NCBI GenBank assembly: GCA_964019425.1
Contig: OZ025794.1
Location: 62,001-126,000, forward strand
DNA length: 64,000 nt
Origin: Flectonema sp. DT1601
Lineage: Eukaryota
Reading direction: 5' to 3'
Shown here: one piece after another, positions 60,441 to 64,000 of the stretch
Layout: each line of letters begins with the position of its first letter
How positions within the stretch are numbered: the first letter of the stretch is position 1
Made by a program: the position numbers and the translations under genes
Notes under the pieces: generated by a model
The model's database searches: none
What the model was told of the DNA's origin: nothing
Seen by the model: the letters and a program-made list of their open reading frames with translations, nothing else

Positions 60441-60590
60441 GCATTTAACACGTATTGTAAGAACGAAAAAAGAATGTTGGCAGCACACGTAAACCTCCTT
60501 TAGCTTTATCAGTTTAAGTTGGTTCACGGTTCGTGCACAAACAAAAACATCTACTATTTTCTGTATAGTTTAAGATAAAGCCCATTTCTT
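60441..60590 (+). repeat. Dispersed repeat family D copy
   Basis: Direct match to 40494-40655; flanked by T-runs. Confidence 0.9.
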
Positions 60591-60812
60591 TTTTATTTAT
60601 TTATTTATTTATATCACCTCTATTTAAACACGAAAGATAGGGGGAAAATAAAAGTTATTTGACACGCAATAAAAAAAGACTTTTTGCAGAGACAAATAAA
60701 CCTCGACGCGTAAACATAAGTTCGCAGCGATAAATTAAATAAACGCGTAGACCAATACAGACGAAACAGATTAAGAAATATAAAATATAATAATAAATAA
60801 TCCTTCGCTTCA

Positions 60813-62351
60813 TCACCTATTTAGTGTTTGCAACACGTTGTGTAATTCTGCCGATAATTTTGTTGTTGTCGCCCTCTCATCATTTAGCTGATTGTATATC
60901 GTGGCTTCACGTTTTTCAGCAAATTTAAGCTTCTCAGAATCCTGTTGCGTATTTTGAGATAGCTCGTTGAGTGTTTTACGAGCAGAAGAAGCTTTCTCAC
61001 GTTCAACAGCAATTTGATGCATCAAATCAGAGATTCGTTGTTTTGCGTTAGAACGAGTCTGATCAAGCTCGCTCTGTATGAGTTGCATCTGGTCACGATA
61101 ATATATATTTTCATCAGTGACGTCAGTCCTCGAAGAATTGACTGCTGCTGCTTGTTGTTGTTGTTGTTGTTGACTGTTAGACTCGAGTATTAGATTCCTG
61201 TCTTGTGCCTCACCCAAGGAGGCCACCATTGTTTGAATCCTGTCGTTTAGTTTTGTATTTGATGCACTCGTTTCTTTTTCCAACGCAGTTACATCAGACA
61301 AGTGCATTTCCAATTGCTGTTTTTCAGTCTGCAAACATTCTTGCCTAACGGTCAAGGATCTAACCATTGATTTGAAATCGCTTGCTTCGATTCTGGATGT
61401 CGTTAATTTTTCTTTTATAGAATGAAAATCTTCTTTTAATCGATGCATATCATCTTGTAGTCTCTGTACTTTCGAAGTCTTGTCAGCTACTTGAGAAGTA
61501 AGTTCTCTGTTTTGATGTGTTGTTTGAGAGTAGTCGTCTTTCATTTCACGGAGACTCTCTTCGAGAGAATCTTTAATCTCTTTTATGTCAATGAATCTGG
61601 TTTGGAGATCAGCATACGAACCTTTAGTCGCTTGAAGATCTGCCTTAACTTCAATCAGTTCTTTTTGCACTTTCTCAGAAGCAATCGTTGACGTTGTTTC
61701 TAATTTCAAATGAGCCTTTTCATAAGCTTTTGCTTGACTTCTTGCCTCAGCAAGTGCGATTTTTGTCTCGGAAAACTCTGTTCTAATTGAGTTTAATTCA
61801 ATGGTTTCTTGTCTTTGTTTAAGAAGTTCAGTGTTTGATGCTTCCAGTTCGATTATTTTGCTGGTTTTTGTTGTTGATTCTTCTGCAAGACCTTGAATTC
61901 TAGATTCATATAAGGCTCTGGCCTGACTTACTGTCTCGTATTGTTGTTCCAGTTCGGAACATCTTTCCGTCGCTTCTCTGTATTTTCCTTCGTACATTGC
62001 CTGTGTCTGTTCTGCTTTTCTATAGCAATTCCATGCTTCTTTCTCACTAGCAGCACTTAGTAGTAGGTTATCTTGTAGAAGTTTTGTTTTTTCGTTGTTG
62101 TCTTTCGTCTGTCTTTGAAGTTCTTGTTGCTGTCCTCTCGCTTGATGAAATGCAATTTTTCTTTTACTTCCTATAAAACCTCTTAATTTCCAATAGTACG
62201 GTAATAATAACAGAACGTGTGACATCTTACGTTGTGTCGATGCTCGCTGTCGTTGGTCGATTCTAAAATCACAAAGAGGTTGTCGTGGGGGTGGAACAGC
62301 TCTCTTTGGGCTGACATCTCTACCAGCCCATTGACGATTCATACTTAACAT
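60813..62351 (-). CDS. Long coiled-coil protein
   Basis: 512-aa ORF rich in E/K/Q/L heptads; pyrimidine-rich AG at 62356-62355. The 3' end may be spliced (AG|GTGATG near 60816). Confidence 0.8.
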   Translation of the reverse strand: MLSMNRQWAGRDVSPKRAVPPPRQPLCDFRIDQRQRASTQRKMSHVLLLLPYYWKLRGFIGSKRKIAFHQARGQQQELQRQTKDNNEKTKLLQDNLLLSAASEKEAWNCYRKAEQTQAMYEGKYREATERCSELEQQYETVSQARALYESRIQGLAEESTTKTSKIIELEASNTELLKQRQETIELNSIRTEFSETKIALAEARSQAKAYEKAHLKLETTSTIASEKVQKELIEVKADLQATKGSYADLQTRFIDIKEIKDSLEESLREMKDDYSQTTHQNRELTSQVADKTSKVQRLQDDMHRLKEDFHSIKEKLTTSRIEASDFKSMVRSLTVRQECLQTEKQQLEMHLSDVTALEKETSASNTKLNDRIQTMVASLGEAQDRNLILESNSQQQQQQQAAAVNSSRTDVTDENIYYRDQMQLIQSELDQTRSNAKQRISDLMHQIAVEREKASSARKTLNELSQNTQQDSEKLKFAEKREATIYNQLNDERATTTKLSAELHNVLQTLNR

Positions 62352-63015
62352 GTTCTGTGAAGGAATTAAAAAATTTTAACTAAGTTGAAATTTTGCAGAG
62401 ACTCCAACAAAGCAAAAGAATAAGAGTTTTTTTTTTTTTTTTGTTTTTTTTGTTTGCCCCTCTTGTTGAACATAACTAATGAATTAAACTACAACACAAG
62501 TCTATTCTCGTTTGTTTGTTTTCTTTGTTAGTTTGTATTGTCTGTAATACAACACACTGCTGCTCGATATAAACGGTGGCAGCAACTCAAGGCGTTTCCA
62601 ACAAATAAAAGAAAGGGAAACCCTACATACTACGGTCGCGCCCAAAACCGTGACCTTCTATTCCAGAGTACAATGTGTGTCAGGTGGCATGGCTGTTGCC
62701 CGAGTAGACAGATAGCTGAAGTATATCAAAATAAAGCTAATCAGAAAAGCTGCCGCCCTCACCCCTCAACATGATTGACGAATAATCGCAAGCAGTTCTT
62801 ATTCAGAACTACTGTGTGATCGAATAGTCAACGTAAACAGCCAATAGCCGCCTATAAAAAAAAAAAATAAAGAAAAATCATTTTCAAGGATAGTATGGGA
62901 AGATAACAAAAACACAAAACAAAATATCGGCTCAGCTGTGCGCAAAAGAAAAAACAAGAAGGTATATAATAATATTATAAAACAGAAAGTACGCAAGCAG
63001 ACAAAACAGAGCTGA

Positions 63016-64000
63016 TCACTGCCAGAATGTGTCTGCCACGGCAGGAAGAAGTTGCGTATTGACAGCGATAGCTGATTCAGAGATGCAAGAAATATCCTGG
63101 TTTTTATTTAATTATTAATGTTGTCATCGTGTGTGTGTTGTCAACTTTGTTATAAAAAAACATAAGACTACATACCTGACAAAGAATAGTAATCACATCG
63201 TATGACTTATACTTATCAATATTATCACCAGTCGCGTCCATCGTTAGCTGGACAGTCGCTGGTACAAGTGGGACCTTAAATGTGCTGGCCTTAGCAGGTG
63301 TTACAGAACTACGGCAGTTAGGACACTGTGTTGGGGTTGTGTTGGAGTTGTGTTGTAACACATGTAGTGAATTTACAAAAAATAAAGATACACACCTCAC
63401 TAGCACCAGTGCCTCCATCTACACCTCGAAGAAGAGTTCTAAGGCAAAGGGAATGGAACTGTTTTGGTTTATTTTATTTTTTAAATTATTTCATTTTCAC
63501 AAAACCAATTCCCAACCAGTAGAGAAGTCATACCAAATGTCTACAAGGAGTCATGATTGGTGGTCCTCTATTCTCACAATCATACATCAGAGATTCCATA
63601 CAGATTGAACAACACGTATCAGAACAGTCTTCGAACTTAACACTCTCATAGTAGCCATGCCGTAGAGCTGGTCGGAGAAGATTGAGTTTACTTTGCTCTA
63701 ATACAACAATTACACCATACAATCCAGGAGTACCTCTTAACTGTAGTATATTATCAATAGGAACAGTTGTGTCTACGAGACCTTGAGCTCTAATTCTTTT
63801 TGTCTTACCATAAGGACATGATTTTATTCGTTTTCGCAACTGTCCTCTCGCCGTATGTATTAATAAGGTTACACACTGAGTACAAACATCAAGTCCTGAC
63901 TCATTCATTGTAAAAGTACCTCTATCTCGTTCACTATCAGTATTTATTGCTTGATAGGCTGAAGTGATTGAATCATTACCGCAGATAACACAGACATAGC
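63016..64000 (-). CDS. RING-H2 zinc-finger protein, 5' end outside window (exons >64000-63534, 63458-63396, 63325-63176, 63096-63016)
   Basis: Splicing three introns (75, 70, 79 nt) assembles CSIC..TPCRHL|FHSLC..|CPNCR, a complete C3H2C3 RING. The frame is open to the window edge with additional CxxC motifs (CVIC, CTQC). Confidence 0.85.

Overview
AT-rich eukaryotic genomic DNA with many poly-A/poly-T runs. It is most likely a euglenozoan protist (diplonemid-like). This is inferred from the alpha-tubulin tail, the receptor-cyclase family, and the combination of one-strand gene order with cis-introns. All 21 credible protein-coding genes lie on the minus strand. They include a large gene missed by the ORF track (1801 to beyond position 1), an SR/RRM protein, PIG-X, TBCC, alpha-tubulin, a TH1/PH-like protein, MOCS2B, a PPR-like protein, mitochondrial intermediate peptidase, a degenerate receptor cyclase, an EGLN-like 2OG-Fe(II) hydroxylase, UTP4 and a RING-H2 protein. 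Main highlights: (1) three tandem genes fusing an ITPK1-type ATP-grasp inositol-phosphate kinase domain to a choline/ethanolamine-kinase domain; two copies share a near-identical, GC-shifted 1.38 kb tract. (2) Eight hand-reconstructed GT-AG introns with A/C-rich acceptors, in contrast to pyrimidine-rich AG sites upstream of start codons; in the four complete genes they sit near the 3' end. (3) A tail-anchored MOCS2B. (4) Four dispersed short repeat families and several multi-stem non-coding islands. No rRNA, tRNA or CRISPR was recognised. All family assignments come from motif recognition, not database searches.
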